From: Bacillota bacterium
Lineage (GTDB): Bacteria; Bacillota; Clostridia; Tissierellales; MES13
Length of the DNA: 64,000 bases
NCBI GenBank assembly: GCA_009711785.1
Contig: VENA01000016.1
Location: 217,647-281,646 of the forward strand
Reading direction: 5' to 3'
Below are positions 7,933 to 18,569 of this stretch, one piece after another. A model generated the notes under the pieces. The model saw only the letters and a list, made by a program, of their open reading frames with translations. It was not told the origin of the DNA and ran no database searches. The position numbers and the translations under genes were made by a program. Every line of letters starts with the position of its first letter. The stretch's first letter is position 1.

Positions 7933-8763
7933 TTATATAAATATATCAGGTTCTTTTCTTTTTTTAAATTCTATTTCTAATTCATGCTTATGTTTTAAAT
8001 AATCCTTATCATCATAGTATTTTGCATTAGTAGGACATTTTTTAATACAAGCCCCACATTTAATACAGATATAATTTAACTTAGATACATCTTTAAAATC
8101 AATAGAACCCATAGGACAAAGTTCTACACACTGTTTACAATCAATACAATTATTATTTGTTTTTGGAGTTACTTTTCTTATATCAACATGATTTCCTTTT
8201 TCATTTTTAGGCATATAATACTTTCTATAGGGTCTCTTTCCCTTTACAATTACACTTTGTTTTTTGTCTTCACTTATTTTTTTATATATTTTTTTTGAAA
8301 AATCATTTACTATAGCCATATCTTTCTCATCAGGTCTATCTTTAGCAAGTTTTTTAGAAAATGAATGCTCACCTATAAAAGCTCCTGCAGCAGGAATATT
8401 AAATCCATTTAACTTAAGAATATCTTTTAATTCTATTAATGCATCATCATAATTTCTATTACCATAAACAACTATAGGAACTGCTGATGAATTATTACCT
8501 TTAATTGAGTTTAAATATCTAAGCAATACATTAGGAACTCTTCCTGCATAGACTGGAACTCCTATAACAACAATATCTTCCTCTGTAAAAAATATTGATT
8601 TTTTTCTAATTTTAGGTAATGTGAAATCTATTTCTTTATCAAAATTATAGGAAATATTTTTAGCTAAACCTGTTACTATTTTTTTTGTAGTATCAGTAGC
8701 ACTAAAATACATTGCATTAATTTTTTTACACACATTAAAACCCCCTAAAATATATTTTATCAT
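7933..8763 (-). CDS. Flavodoxin-like domain fused to a 2x[4Fe-4S] ferredoxin domain
   Basis: The N-terminal domain has YFSATDTTKK and GVPVYAGRVP. The C-terminal domain has CIDCKQCVELCP and CIKCGACIKKCP. The true start may be the internal GTG (about 8733) behind a GGGGG SD sequence. Confidence 0.65.
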   Translation of the reverse strand: MIKYILGGFNVCKKINAMYFSATDTTKKIVTGLAKNISYNFDKEIDFTLPKIRKKSIFFTEEDIVVIGVPVYAGRVPNVLLRYLNSIKGNNSSAVPIVVYGNRNYDDALIELKDILKLNGFNIPAAGAFIGEHSFSKKLAKDRPDEKDMAIVNDFSKKIYKKISEDKKQSVIVKGKRPYRKYYMPKNEKGNHVDIRKVTPKTNNNCIDCKQCVELCPMGSIDFKDVSKLNYICIKCGACIKKCPTNAKYYDDKDYLKHKHELEIEFKKRKEPDIFI

Positions 8764-8867
8764 AGAAAATATTAAACTAAATGTACTTAATATATTTACA
8801 AAAAAAAAAGAGACTTACGCCTCTAAATATACAATATATTAAAAATAACAGCAAACTGATTTAGATA

Positions 8868-9074
8868 TTATTTAGTAAGTAACCAAATACCTAATACTAC
8901 AAATAATAATGACCAAATATAAAAGAAAATCTCTGTCCCCTTCTTACCTAAAGCTTTTTCAAACCATTGTATTTTCTTCATATTCCATATTTTTGTTGGT
9001 TTCTTAATAGCTAGAAAGATAACAAGTCCACCATAGATTAATGCTAACAAACCTAATAATGCTTTGACATCCAT
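8868..9074 (-). CDS. Small two-TM membrane protein (hypothetical), last gene of the ABC-2 operon
   Basis: 68 aa with two hydrophobic helices, 14 nt downstream of the permease gene. Confidence 0.45.
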   Translation of the reverse strand: MDVKALLGLLALIYGGLVIFLAIKKPTKIWNMKKIQWFEKALGKKGTEIFFYIWSLLFVVLGIWLLTK

Positions 9075-9087
9075 AAAATTTCCCCCT

Positions 9088-10089
9088 TTACTCTAATCCT
9101 TTTCTTATTTTTGGTGCTAAAAAAATATATACTATACTACATATAACTAAAACAATACCTGAATACATTAATATTTGCTGCCAACTTCCATTTTGTGATA
9201 ATACTATATCATTTCCTTTATACGCCCAATAAAATGGACTCCAATAAAAAAACTTTTGCCATTTATCTGATAATATTTCTATGGCTACAACTGATGCAGC
9301 TAAGGGTAAGAATAATAATTTTATACTTCCTGCTGCGTTCATAAAATCTTCATTATTAATTCCTTCTATAAATCCTATTAATAAGCTTAACAATGTAGAA
9401 GCAAAAACTATCATTAATAGCTGAAAAAAGTTAACACTTTTAAATCCTGTAATCCAAGTTATTGCTATAGAACCATAGATAGGTAATATTAAACCAATTA
9501 TACTTTTCCCAAGGATAAAAGACCTACGACTAGTAGGTGTTAGATTTATTGCACTAATAGTACGGTCAACCTTTTCTTCTACAATATTTAAAGCTATTAG
9601 CATACCCCCTAATACTGATATGAAAAGTATACTAGTATTTACTAGTAATTTTTTTAGTGGCGGTACCGTTCTTCCAAACTCAAAAATCTCTGCATTTGAA
9701 TCTTCAATTTGTACATCTAACTGAAAGAATGTATTAAGGAGTTTTGCGTATTCAACAATCCCCTCTGGTTCATTTCCCTGTGTCATAATATAATATTTTT
9801 CACCTTCAGGAAGAATAGCCACTAAATTATCTCTACCTTCAACTCTTTTTTTAATTTCATCAATATCTTTAAAAACTTCAACCTTTGCAAAATCTTTGAA
9901 ATAAGAAATTTGTTTAGGATTTTCTCCTTCTAATAAGGCTAAATTTACCGTTGTATCATTAATTCCTGGAGTAAATATATTAATAGCAATAGCAAATAGT
10001 AATGGTACTACAAATATATATAATGATAAAAAATCTCTTATATTTACCTTTAAATCCCTCATAAAAATTGCCCATACCTTTTTAAACAT
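9088..10089 (-). CDS. ABC-2 type transporter permease
   Basis: 333 aa. One N-terminal TM helix, a large loop, then a cluster of 5 C-terminal TM helices, which is the ABC-2 architecture. Confidence 0.7.
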   Translation of the reverse strand: MFKKVWAIFMRDLKVNIRDFLSLYIFVVPLLFAIAINIFTPGINDTTVNLALLEGENPKQISYFKDFAKVEVFKDIDEIKKRVEGRDNLVAILPEGEKYYIMTQGNEPEGIVEYAKLLNTFFQLDVQIEDSNAEIFEFGRTVPPLKKLLVNTSILFISVLGGMLIALNIVEEKVDRTISAINLTPTSRRSFILGKSIIGLILPIYGSIAITWITGFKSVNFFQLLMIVFASTLLSLLIGFIEGINNEDFMNAAGSIKLLFLPLAASVVAIEILSDKWQKFFYWSPFYWAYKGNDIVLSQNGSWQQILMYSGIVLVICSIVYIFLAPKIRKGLE

Positions 10090-10108
10090 TTCTAACCTCC
10101 TTTCTAAT

Positions 10109-11218
10109 TTAAACGGTTAATGTCTTTTTATAGCGCTTATTAGCTATCTCAAATAATATTAAACCTATTATTAAAAAAACTAAAGAAATAGTTAATATAT
10201 AAGAAACATCTCCACTTTCCTTAATGATTTCTTTAAACCCTTCAAGCATAGGGTAAGTGGGTAAAATTTTTATTAATGTTGGATTCCAACTTGGAATAAA
10301 ATATGCTATATTTGGTATAATCATAGCTATCATTAATAAATATATTGTTCCAAAGGCTTGCATAATATTTTTATAAAAACTTGCAACTAAAAGCCCTAAA
10401 GAAGAAGCGAAAAAACCGGTAGTAAAGAGAAATACTAATAACAATAAATAGTTCGGTTTTAATCCCATTACAGGTACTACAATAATGAAACTTGATACTA
10501 TTGTAGTTAGTAAAAGAACTCCTACCTTACTTAAAAGATATTCCCTTACAGTAGAAGCAGTAACTGCATAGGCTTTAATAACTCCTTCTTGTTTGTCTAA
10601 AAATATATAAGCTGCTATAATAAATAGTCCCATTAAACTCCCATTAAATGTTAAAAATGAAGGGATCAGATTTTCTCTATCTGTTAATACTTCATAATCA
10701 GTAGATAAAGGTCTTACATCCTGTTTATTAAATACAGTTTTTATAGTGTCTGTTCCCACATTATGAATTATTAAAATTAAGTTTTTTAAACGATTAGATT
10801 CATAGCCTTGTAGATAATATTCATAATCGAGATTATTTTTATTGTCTAATTTAATAACAGCACCTATCTTTTGTTTTTTATCTGCTAACTTAATTACATC
10901 TTTTTTATCATCTATAATATATATTTCTTTATCTTCGGTTTTATATAGTCTAGAATTAATTACTTTATCATCATTTTCAATTTCTACTTTTTCAACTTTC
11001 CCATCTAAATCTTTATCCTTAATCTCTTTAATATAGGCTTTTTTCACTGTTTTAGGTAAGTCAAGATGAATATATTCTGACTGTCTACTCTCAAAGTTTT
11101 CAGGTACAACAAATATAAGAATTAAAAGTAATAATAAAGCCATAAATAACTCTATATAGAAATAAAAACCCCTCGATGCAAGTTTAACTTCTTTAATAAA
11201 GCTATACCATAATTTCAT
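10109..11218 (-). CDS. ABC-2 type transporter permease (second paralogue)
   Basis: 369 aa with the same architecture. It abuts the ATPase gene. Confidence 0.7.
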   Translation of the reverse strand: MKLWYSFIKEVKLASRGFYFYIELFMALLLLLILIFVVPENFESRQSEYIHLDLPKTVKKAYIKEIKDKDLDGKVEKVEIENDDKVINSRLYKTEDKEIYIIDDKKDVIKLADKKQKIGAVIKLDNKNNLDYEYYLQGYESNRLKNLILIIHNVGTDTIKTVFNKQDVRPLSTDYEVLTDRENLIPSFLTFNGSLMGLFIIAAYIFLDKQEGVIKAYAVTASTVREYLLSKVGVLLLTTIVSSFIIVVPVMGLKPNYLLLLVFLFTTGFFASSLGLLVASFYKNIMQAFGTIYLLMIAMIIPNIAYFIPSWNPTLIKILPTYPMLEGFKEIIKESGDVSYILTISLVFLIIGLILFEIANKRYKKTLTV

Positions 11219-11219
11219 A

Positions 11220-12074
11220 TTATATAAGCTCCCTTCCAGTTACTTTAATAAATATCTCTTCAAGAGTAGCTTCTTTAGTATGCATCGTTTGAATTTCATA
11301 ATTTTCAATAATATTTTTTAAGGACTTTTTATCCTTTTCTAAAACAGTAGAATAGGTTTCAATAATAGTCTCTCCATTATTAATGTATTCTACATCAATA
11401 AGATTATCTCCATACTGAAGTTTCAAATTCTTTGGTGAATCTATTAACTTTATTTCACCATCTACAATAAAGGCTACCCTATCACATAATTCATCTGCTA
11501 TAAACATATTGTGAGTAGTTAAAAATATCGTTACTCCATTAGCATTTTTTTGTTTAATAATATCTTTGATTTGTGATGCTATTGCAGGATCTAATCCAGT
11601 TGTAGGTTCATCTAGAAACCAAAGTTCAGGATTATTAATCATAGACCTTGCGAAGGTTAATCTATGCTTCATTCCCTTAGAAAACTCCCCTGCTTTTATA
11701 TTCTCTTTCCCTTCTAATCCTACTAAATTTAATAATTCTTCAGGTTTGTAAGTCTCTACATCAAATAACTTTCTATAAAACTCCAAATTCTCTTTAGCTG
11801 TTAATTTACTATAAACATTTGACTGTTCAAAGGACATACCGATTTTATTAAACATTTTTTGTTTTATTTCTTTTACGTCATAACCTGCTACTGATACATT
11901 CCCCTTTTGAAGTTTTAATAGTCCTGTTAATATCCCCTGTGTTGTTGATTTTCCAGCACCAGATGGTCCTAAAAAACCAAATATCTCTCCATTTTTAACT
12001 TCAAAACTTACATCCTTTACAGCAAAGTTATCATCCTTATTATAGGAATGATATAAATTTTTAACAGTAATCAT
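11220..12074 (-). CDS. ABC transporter ATP-binding protein
   Basis: Walker A GPSGAGKST, signature FSKGMKHRL, Walker B LWFLDEPTTGLD. Confidence 0.9.
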   Translation of the reverse strand: MITVKNLYHSYNKDDNFAVKDVSFEVKNGEIFGFLGPSGAGKSTTQGILTGLLKLQKGNVSVAGYDVKEIKQKMFNKIGMSFEQSNVYSKLTAKENLEFYRKLFDVETYKPEELLNLVGLEGKENIKAGEFSKGMKHRLTFARSMINNPELWFLDEPTTGLDPAIASQIKDIIKQKNANGVTIFLTTHNMFIADELCDRVAFIVDGEIKLIDSPKNLKLQYGDNLIDVEYINNGETIIETYSTVLEKDKKSLKNIIENYEIQTMHTKEATLEEIFIKVTGRELI

Positions 12075-12119
12075 AAATTAAACCTCCTTTTTAATGTACA
12101 TATAAAGAAATTAAAACTA

Positions 12120-12740
12120 TTATAAGTACTCACCTTTATAAAAAGCTATTCTTAGTACTTCTATATAACTATTTATTTCTTCTAATAAAGCATCGTAATC
12201 TATTTCTTTATCTATTCCTTTAAATCTATTAGAAGACTCTTCTCCATATTTCTCAAGAGTCCATCTAATAATATTTATTGCCTTTTTTAATTCTACTTCT
12301 TCTTTAAACTTAGTAAAATCAATATTATAGCTATAAATTTTAGAACTCAATTCCATTAAGTCCCTATTTTTAAAAATTAAATCCTTTGATTCACTATCAA
12401 ATAAAAGTTTGCCAAAGTGAAATATATATGGATAACGTTCAGTTATCCTTATTTTTAAAAATACAACTTGTTTCACACGTTCAAATATATCTGTAATATT
12501 CCAATCAATATTATTTTTTATTTCTTCTAATATTGTGTTTACACAAAACTCTGATAAGTATTCAAATAAGTCTTCTTTATTATTAAAATAATAAAATAAA
12601 AGTCCTTTAGATATATTAGCTTCTTTTACTATATTGTTAGTTGATGCTTTATCAAACTTATATTTACTAAATTCTTTAAAGGCACAATTAATAATCCTAT
12701 CCCTTTTTTCTATCTCAATTTTTTCAAAAGCTTCGTTCAT
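12120..12740 (-). CDS. TetR/AcrR family transcriptional regulator
   Basis: N-terminal HTH pattern (FKEFSKYKFDKASTNNIVKEANISKGLLFYYF). I place the start at ATG 12740, behind a TAGGAGGT SD sequence, rather than at the track start 12761. Confidence 0.8.
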   Translation of the reverse strand: MNEAFEKIEIEKRDRIINCAFKEFSKYKFDKASTNNIVKEANISKGLLFYYFNNKEDLFEYLSEFCVNTILEEIKNNIDWNITDIFERVKQVVFLKIRITERYPYIFHFGKLLFDSESKDLIFKNRDLMELSSKIYSYNIDFTKFKEEVELKKAINIIRWTLEKYGEESSNRFKGIDKEIDYDALLEEINSYIEVLRIAFYKGEYL

Positions 12741-12770
12741 TATGTTACCTCCTAAAGTCATAATTTATAA

Positions 12771-12820
12771 TTGACTAGAATGGTCAATTACATTATATTA
12801 CAATTGACCATTCTAGTCAA
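12771..12820. promoter_or_regulatory. Twin TetR-type operator sites upstream of the TetR/ABC-2 operon
   Basis: TTGACTAGAATGGTCAA (12771-12787) and its exact reverse complement TTGACCATTCTAGTCAA (12804-12820). Each has internal TTGAC/GTCAA dyad symmetry. Confidence 0.6.
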
Positions 12821-12964
12821 TCTTTAACTTTTCAAAATTTATCATTCATTATTTAATTTTCCCTTACTGAAACTAATTTATCTAAATGTTATGTTCTTTA
12901 TCTAGCATTTATGAATATCTATAAGCTATAAGCTATCATTTTATTACTCAAAAAGGAGGTTTAA

Positions 12965-13792
12965 ATGTTTATTATTATTTCAAAAAAAACCTTAGGTTTT
13001 GCTTTAGTTATATTTATACTATCTCTTATTCTTTTTTTCTATATTATACATACCGACAACATAGAAACAACAACTGTCAATACAACTAGTTATGTAGCTA
13101 TAATAATAGACGACTTTGGATATAAAGGTAAAGGTACAGAAGATATGCTTAAACTAGACATCCCATTAACTGCAGCAGTAATGCCGTTTCAACCTTTCAG
13201 TGAAAGTGATGCACAGGCTGCTTATGAATCTGGTTTAGAAATAATATTACATATCCCAATGGAGCCTGAGCATGGAAAAAAAGAATGGCTAGGATCTAGG
13301 GGAATTACTTGTGATCTATCAAATAAAGAGATCCAAAAACGTATTAAAGAAGGCTTATCACAGATTCCACAGGCTATAGGTATGAATAATCACATGGGTT
13401 CAAAGGCTACACAAAATGAAAGAGTAATAAAATCTATATTAAAAGTTTCAAAGGAAAAAGAATTATTTTTTATTGATAGTAAAACCACTGCCCATTCTGT
13501 AATTTCCACTATATCTAAACAAATGCATGTGAAATTTGCAACCCGTGATATCTTTCTTGATGGAACTCAAGACAAAGAATACATAAAAAAACAAATGAAA
13601 AAATTAGGAGATATTGCATTAAAAAGAGGCTATGCTATAGGAATAGGCCATGTTGGAATAGAAGGTGGCAAAGTTACTGCAAAGGCTATAGAATCAATGT
13701 ATCCTAAATTACAAAAAAAGGGAATAAAATTTGTATATGTATCAGACATAATCAACTTAATATATAATAACAATATTCAACTTAAAAATTAA
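12965..13792 (+). CDS. Divergent polysaccharide deacetylase family protein (YibQ-like), membrane anchored
   Basis: 275 aa with an N-terminal TM helix. The IIIDDFGY...LTAAVMP...ILHIPMEP...NNHMGS pattern is typical of this family. Confidence 0.7.
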   Translation: MFIIISKKTLGFALVIFILSLILFFYIIHTDNIETTTVNTTSYVAIIIDDFGYKGKGTEDMLKLDIPLTAAVMPFQPFSESDAQAAYESGLEIILHIPMEPEHGKKEWLGSRGITCDLSNKEIQKRIKEGLSQIPQAIGMNNHMGSKATQNERVIKSILKVSKEKELFFIDSKTTAHSVISTISKQMHVKFATRDIFLDGTQDKEYIKKQMKKLGDIALKRGYAIGIGHVGIEGGKVTAKAIESMYPKLQKKGIKFVYVSDIINLIYNNNIQLKN

Positions 13793-14027
13793 TCGCTTAT
13801 CAACATTACATTAAATCCATAAATAATAAGAACAAAATTGAGTTATTTATTAAAACTAATATCTCCTAATTATCTAAATCCTATGTCTAGATAAAAAAAT
13901 AAAAGGAAATATAAACTAATTTATAGAAATGTTAATTAAAGATAATAGTTTAATATAGCCATTTAAAATAATTCAAAATCAAATTAAATAACAACTGAAA
14001 AATACTTAAGTAAAGGGAGATGCTATT

Positions 14028-15149
14028 ATGGCAATTAAATTTATATGTAATGAATGTGGGAAAAAATATGATCCAAAAACACTTATCTTTAAATGTGACT
14101 GTGGAGGGTTATTAAATCTTGATGAATTTCACTTTGATTTTTCAAAAGAGGATATACTACAGAATGAATGGAGCTTATTTAGATATCTAAAGACTCTACC
14201 TTTTGATGATAATTTTAATTTATGGAAGGATATATCTATGGGAGAAGGTTTAACCCCTATTGTACCTTTAGAAAAAAATAATCCTAATTTGCTAGTAAAA
14301 GTTGATTATTCTATGCCTACCTTATCTTTTAAAGATAGAGGTGCTGTAATATTAATTTCTAAAGCTAAAGAACTTGGAGTAAAAAAAGTTATTCAAGATA
14401 GCAGTGGTAATGCAGGAACTTCTATAGCTGCTTATGCAAGTAGAGCAGACATAAAATGTGATATTTATGTCCCTGAAGGTACTTCTTCTAAAAAAATCAA
14501 ACAAATTTCTTCCCATGGTGCAAAGGTTAATATTGTTAAAGGAACTAGAGAAGATACTCAAAAGGCAGCATTAAATGCAGTAAAAAATGGTGAAGGTTTC
14601 TATGCTAGTCATGTATATAATCCATTTTTTTACCAAGGTACAAAAACTTATGCCTATGAAATTTACGAACAGTTAAATGGAGATATGCCTTCATCTGTAG
14701 TTATTCCAGTAGGTAATGGAACCCTACTTTTAGGTTGTTATTATGGATTTAAAGAATTACTTAGTTTAGGTTTAATAGAAAAACTGCCTAAAATTATTGC
14801 AATTCAAGCTGAAGGGTGTGCCCCTATTTATAAAGCTTTTAAAGAGGGGAAAAATTACGTTGATGAAATTAAAAATACAGGAACTTTAGCTGAAGGAATC
14901 GCTATAGCTAAGGCAATGAGAGGAAAACAAATATTAGAAGCTATTAAAGCTAGTAAAGGTGATATTATTAAAGCTCCAGAAAATAAAATTATTGATACAA
15001 AAAAATACCTAGCTAATAAAGGATTTTATGTAGAGCCAACGACTGCAGCAACCTTTGCAGGATTTTTAAAATATTATAAAAAAAATGATTATAGTTTAGA
15101 TTATAAAGTGGTAATTCCTTTATGTGGCTCAGGTTTAAAAAAGGGTTAG
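14028..15149 (+). CDS. Threonine synthase-like PLP-dependent enzyme with N-terminal Cys4 ribbon
   Basis: 373 aa. It has CNECG...CDCGG, the PLP-lysine motif SFKDRG, and SSGNAG. Confidence 0.7.
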   Translation: MAIKFICNECGKKYDPKTLIFKCDCGGLLNLDEFHFDFSKEDILQNEWSLFRYLKTLPFDDNFNLWKDISMGEGLTPIVPLEKNNPNLLVKVDYSMPTLSFKDRGAVILISKAKELGVKKVIQDSSGNAGTSIAAYASRADIKCDIYVPEGTSSKKIKQISSHGAKVNIVKGTREDTQKAALNAVKNGEGFYASHVYNPFFYQGTKTYAYEIYEQLNGDMPSSVVIPVGNGTLLLGCYYGFKELLSLGLIEKLPKIIAIQAEGCAPIYKAFKEGKNYVDEIKNTGTLAEGIAIAKAMRGKQILEAIKASKGDIIKAPENKIIDTKKYLANKGFYVEPTTAATFAGFLKYYKKNDYSLDYKVVIPLCGSGLKKG

Positions 15150-15222
15150 TATATTAAAAAACTAATAGCTTTTATATTTTTATAAAAGACTATTAGTTTT
15201 TTGTTTTAATCAATACAGCTTG

Positions 15223-16329
15223 TTATTTTAACTTCCCTCTACAATCTACAGGTATTTTCTCTATAACTTGACCCTTTGATATTAAATATGCAAATTCATG
15301 AAGATTTACCACAGGACATATATGGTTAGGTATAATTTCCACCTTATCACCTACACTTAAAGATTTATTAAAATTTTCATTATATATTATAGCATGTTCA
15401 TCATAAACATCATAAATAAACACATCTTCCCATCCTTTAATAAGTCCTAATCCTTTGGTTTCACATATACCTTTATTCCTTTTCTGGGTTGTTATTCCTT
15501 TAGCTCCGACATCGGTTATTACTCTTTCAGATGTTGGCAAACTTATAACAGTTGTAAGTATTGTAGCAGCACACCGGTCTAAATCACCGTAGGCATTTGC
15601 CTGGGATGCATCCATAAAGATATAAGTGCCTGGTCTAATTTCTGTTATGCCATCTAAGATAGGAAAATCATGCATCATTGATGGTGTTGATCCTACACTA
15701 ACAGTTTCTATTTTAAAATCCATTTTCTTAGCAATGTCTACAAATTTTAAAGTCCTTTCCTGACTTTTTAAATGAATTTTTCTACATTCCTCAATATTTG
15801 CTGCCGAGTAAGAATTGCCATCATGGGAAAATATACCTTTAAGGTGTATGTTTTCACATTTCTTTAAATAATTTAGTAATTTAATATATTCCTCTTCTTT
15901 AATAATTCCAGAACGCTTTTCACCAACTTCAATTTCTATTAATACCTCTGCTGGTTTAAAATTTCCATTAAAAACTCTTTCTATTTCATTTGCCTGGGAA
16001 ATACTATCTAAACCAAAGGAAATATTTATACTCTTTGAAAGCTTTTTTATTCTACTAAGCTTTATATCACCTACAATTTCATTGGCTATGAATATATCCT
16101 TTACTCCAGCTTTAGCCATTACTTCTGCTTCTCCTACCTTTGCAACTGCAATTCCCTTTGCCCCCATTTTTATTTGCATTAAAGCTAACTTTGACATCTT
16201 ATGGGTTTTTGTATGGGGTCTTAAATTAACATTAAACTTATCTGCATAATCCTGCATATATTGACAATTATCAATCATTATATCCCTATTTATTATTAAG
16301 GAAGGGGTATCTAACTTATAATAATTCAT
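15223..16329 (-). CDS. D-TA family PLP enzyme (D-threonine aldolase / D-serine dehydratase-like, alanine racemase N-terminal fold)
   Basis: 368 aa. RPHTKTHK PLP-lysine motif, with length and pattern typical of the DSD1/D-TA family. Confidence 0.7.
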   Translation of the reverse strand: MNYYKLDTPSLIINRDIMIDNCQYMQDYADKFNVNLRPHTKTHKMSKLALMQIKMGAKGIAVAKVGEAEVMAKAGVKDIFIANEIVGDIKLSRIKKLSKSINISFGLDSISQANEIERVFNGNFKPAEVLIEIEVGEKRSGIIKEEEYIKLLNYLKKCENIHLKGIFSHDGNSYSAANIEECRKIHLKSQERTLKFVDIAKKMDFKIETVSVGSTPSMMHDFPILDGITEIRPGTYIFMDASQANAYGDLDRCAATILTTVISLPTSERVITDVGAKGITTQKRNKGICETKGLGLIKGWEDVFIYDVYDEHAIIYNENFNKSLSVGDKVEIIPNHICPVVNLHEFAYLISKGQVIEKIPVDCRGKLK

Positions 16330-16584
16330 TTATTACGCCTCCTAAAAATCTTTTATTGTAAATTATATCTTTAAAGCCTTACTAATTAATATTAATGAAA
16401 GTTCTTTTTGAATATAATTAATATCTATTATATCATTATATTTATTACGAGTGGCTAATAGATTATTTCTATTCTATTGCCTTTTCCTTTGTCATTTTTT
16501 TCTGGGCTAAACCCTCTATAGATAATGTATTTATAAACGATTTATGGTAAAATAGATAGTATATTTTTTAAAGGAGTGAAGTTA

Positions 16585-16965
16585 ATGGACATTAAATTTA
16601 TTGTTGGTGCAATACTAATTTTAGTAATTGGTGTAACTATCGCATTTTATTATTATAGAAAGCGAAATCTAGAGAAATTATTCAATCAGGTTTATGAATC
16701 ATCTAAACAGATTCCCAAACAAAAGAAAAATAGTTTTCTGTTACTGATGTTTAAGGAATCTCTCTCGTCATCACGCAAATCAAATAAAACTTCTATTTCT
16801 GCTAAACTCAACAACCCTAAATATTTAGAAGTTCAATTAGTGCAAATGTCAAGAATCCTTAAAGACAGCTCAAAAACACAGGATAAAACAATTAAAAGAG
16901 CGCTGACTTTGCTTAAGGATTATAAAAAATGGGAAAAAGAAAAGACCACTAAAGATAAAAAGTAA
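16585..16965 (+). CDS. Hypothetical Lys-rich protein with one N-terminal TM helix
   Basis: The start is placed at ATG 16585, behind an AGGAG SD sequence (track start GTG 16576). I recognise no family. Confidence 0.4.
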   Translation: MDIKFIVGAILILVIGVTIAFYYYRKRNLEKLFNQVYESSKQIPKQKKNSFLLLMFKESLSSSRKSNKTSISAKLNNPKYLEVQLVQMSRILKDSSKTQDKTIKRALTLLKDYKKWEKEKTTKDKK

Positions 16966-17049
16966 TCAAAGATAAGGCATAATTATAGGTTATATATACT
17001 TTAAAACAAATATATCTATTTTATTCTAAGTTATTAGTTCTTAGGAATA

Positions 17050-17110
17050 CACTAAAAAATATCCCTTGTTTGACTAATCTAATTGTCAAATAAGTGATAT
17101 TTTTTTAGTG
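17050..17110. terminator. Long hairpin between convergent genes (probable bidirectional terminator)
   Basis: CACTAAAAAATATC (17050-17063) pairs with GATATTTTTTTAGTG (17096-17110, one extra T). There is an inner TTGAC/GTCAA hairpin. Confidence 0.4.
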
Positions 17111-17225
17111 TTTATTTATTAAGCAAAATTTAATAAATAAACTCAAATTAAATTTTTTTCTATCCTCACTACAGTTTCCATTTAATTTAAATAAAACAAA
17201 TAGTTTCTTGTGTGAATATCCGTTT

Positions 17226-18569
17226 TTATCGATATTCTTGTTTCTGAATATCATTCAAGATTTCAATAAATAAATCGCTTTCATCAATCCAATTATCATG
17301 ACCTGAGTGTTCAAACCAGATTAATTCTTTATAAGGAGCTTTAATTAACTTATAGTATTCTTCTACGAATTCAGTAGGGGCATTCACATCATAACGACCA
17401 TGCAGAATATAGATAGGAATCTCAAACTCTGTAACTTCTTTTCTAAAGTCTATATCATATAATTGTGGATAAACTTGGTCGAAGGTAACAATTAGAGCTC
17501 TGAAATAATTGACTTTATCCCACAGGCCATATTCAGGTCCTGCAATGTCTTTAAATGTATTATGATCGGTGTGGTTAATATTTGGATTTCTAGCCATGTC
17601 TTGAAATAAGTATGTTAAATATGTAGCCGATTGCATTGAAACATTTTCTGCATATGGCGGTTTTCCTTGTTCTTTCAGCTTCTTTACTGTATTTGTATCC
17701 CCTTTTTTCTCTGCAATTTCTAATGCTTTATTATAACAATAGATTTCAGTATCTAAGAATGACACCATCTGACCTGAACCTATATAAACATGGTAGTCTT
17801 CAGGATATTTTTCTGCAAGCCAAATTCCTAGGGCACTTCCCCAAGATTGACCAACTACATAAATTTTTTCTTTATTAAAACGTTTCTTTAAATAAGTTGT
17901 TAGACCATGACCATCCTCAATATATTTTTCTGGACTTAACTCATCTATCGGTACTGCTTTAAATGATTTTGAAGAGCCTGGCTGTTCCCAGTTTACGACT
18001 ACAAAATTCTTTTCTAAATCCTTTAATACATCTCTTGTTGCTGCTAATTGTGTTCCACCAGGTCCACCAGCTAAAAATAAAATCACGGGATTATCTTTAT
18101 CGTGGCCACGTATCGTTAAATATTGTTCCGAATTATTTATAGTTACTTTCTCCATTGTTGCAATGCTATTCTCAATTTGATTCCCGCTGCCATCCAAAAT
18201 TGGAGGTGTATATGCAGCATATTGAGAAATGAGTGTAATTAACACTAGGAAACAAATTGATATCAAGACTAATTTTGTTTTTTTAATAAGGCGCTTTTTC
18301 CAAGGGTTAAGATCGTCTTTGTTTTTATGGTTGAAGCTTTTTATCCCAGTAATAATACCTGTTATGAGGAGTGCTATTAAAAAATAGAGTACAATAACAA
18401 AAGCAATCCCTGCTATTAATAGTTCAATGGTTACGGTACTCATTGATGGAATCAAGAAACGACGGATTATACTGTAATAAATAATCATAAGAACTAAAAT
18501 ACTAACAATAACTATATGATTTTGAATAAACATTTTGATTTTACTTTTACCCTTTTTTAAATTTTTCAT
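17226..18569 (-). CDS. Alpha/beta hydrolase (prolyl aminopeptidase-like) with N-terminal TM segments
   Basis: 447 aa. It has an HGGPG-like LAGGPGG motif, a nucleophile elbow GQSWG and a C-terminal HSGH motif. Three N-terminal hydrophobic helices. Confidence 0.7.
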   Translation of the reverse strand: MKNLKKGKSKIKMFIQNHIVIVSILVLMIIYYSIIRRFLIPSMSTVTIELLIAGIAFVIVLYFLIALLITGIITGIKSFNHKNKDDLNPWKKRLIKKTKLVLISICFLVLITLISQYAAYTPPILDGSGNQIENSIATMEKVTINNSEQYLTIRGHDKDNPVILFLAGGPGGTQLAATRDVLKDLEKNFVVVNWEQPGSSKSFKAVPIDELSPEKYIEDGHGLTTYLKKRFNKEKIYVVGQSWGSALGIWLAEKYPEDYHVYIGSGQMVSFLDTEIYCYNKALEIAEKKGDTNTVKKLKEQGKPPYAENVSMQSATYLTYLFQDMARNPNINHTDHNTFKDIAGPEYGLWDKVNYFRALIVTFDQVYPQLYDIDFRKEVTEFEIPIYILHGRYDVNAPTEFVEEYYKLIKAPYKELIWFEHSGHDNWIDESDLFIEILNDIQKQEYR

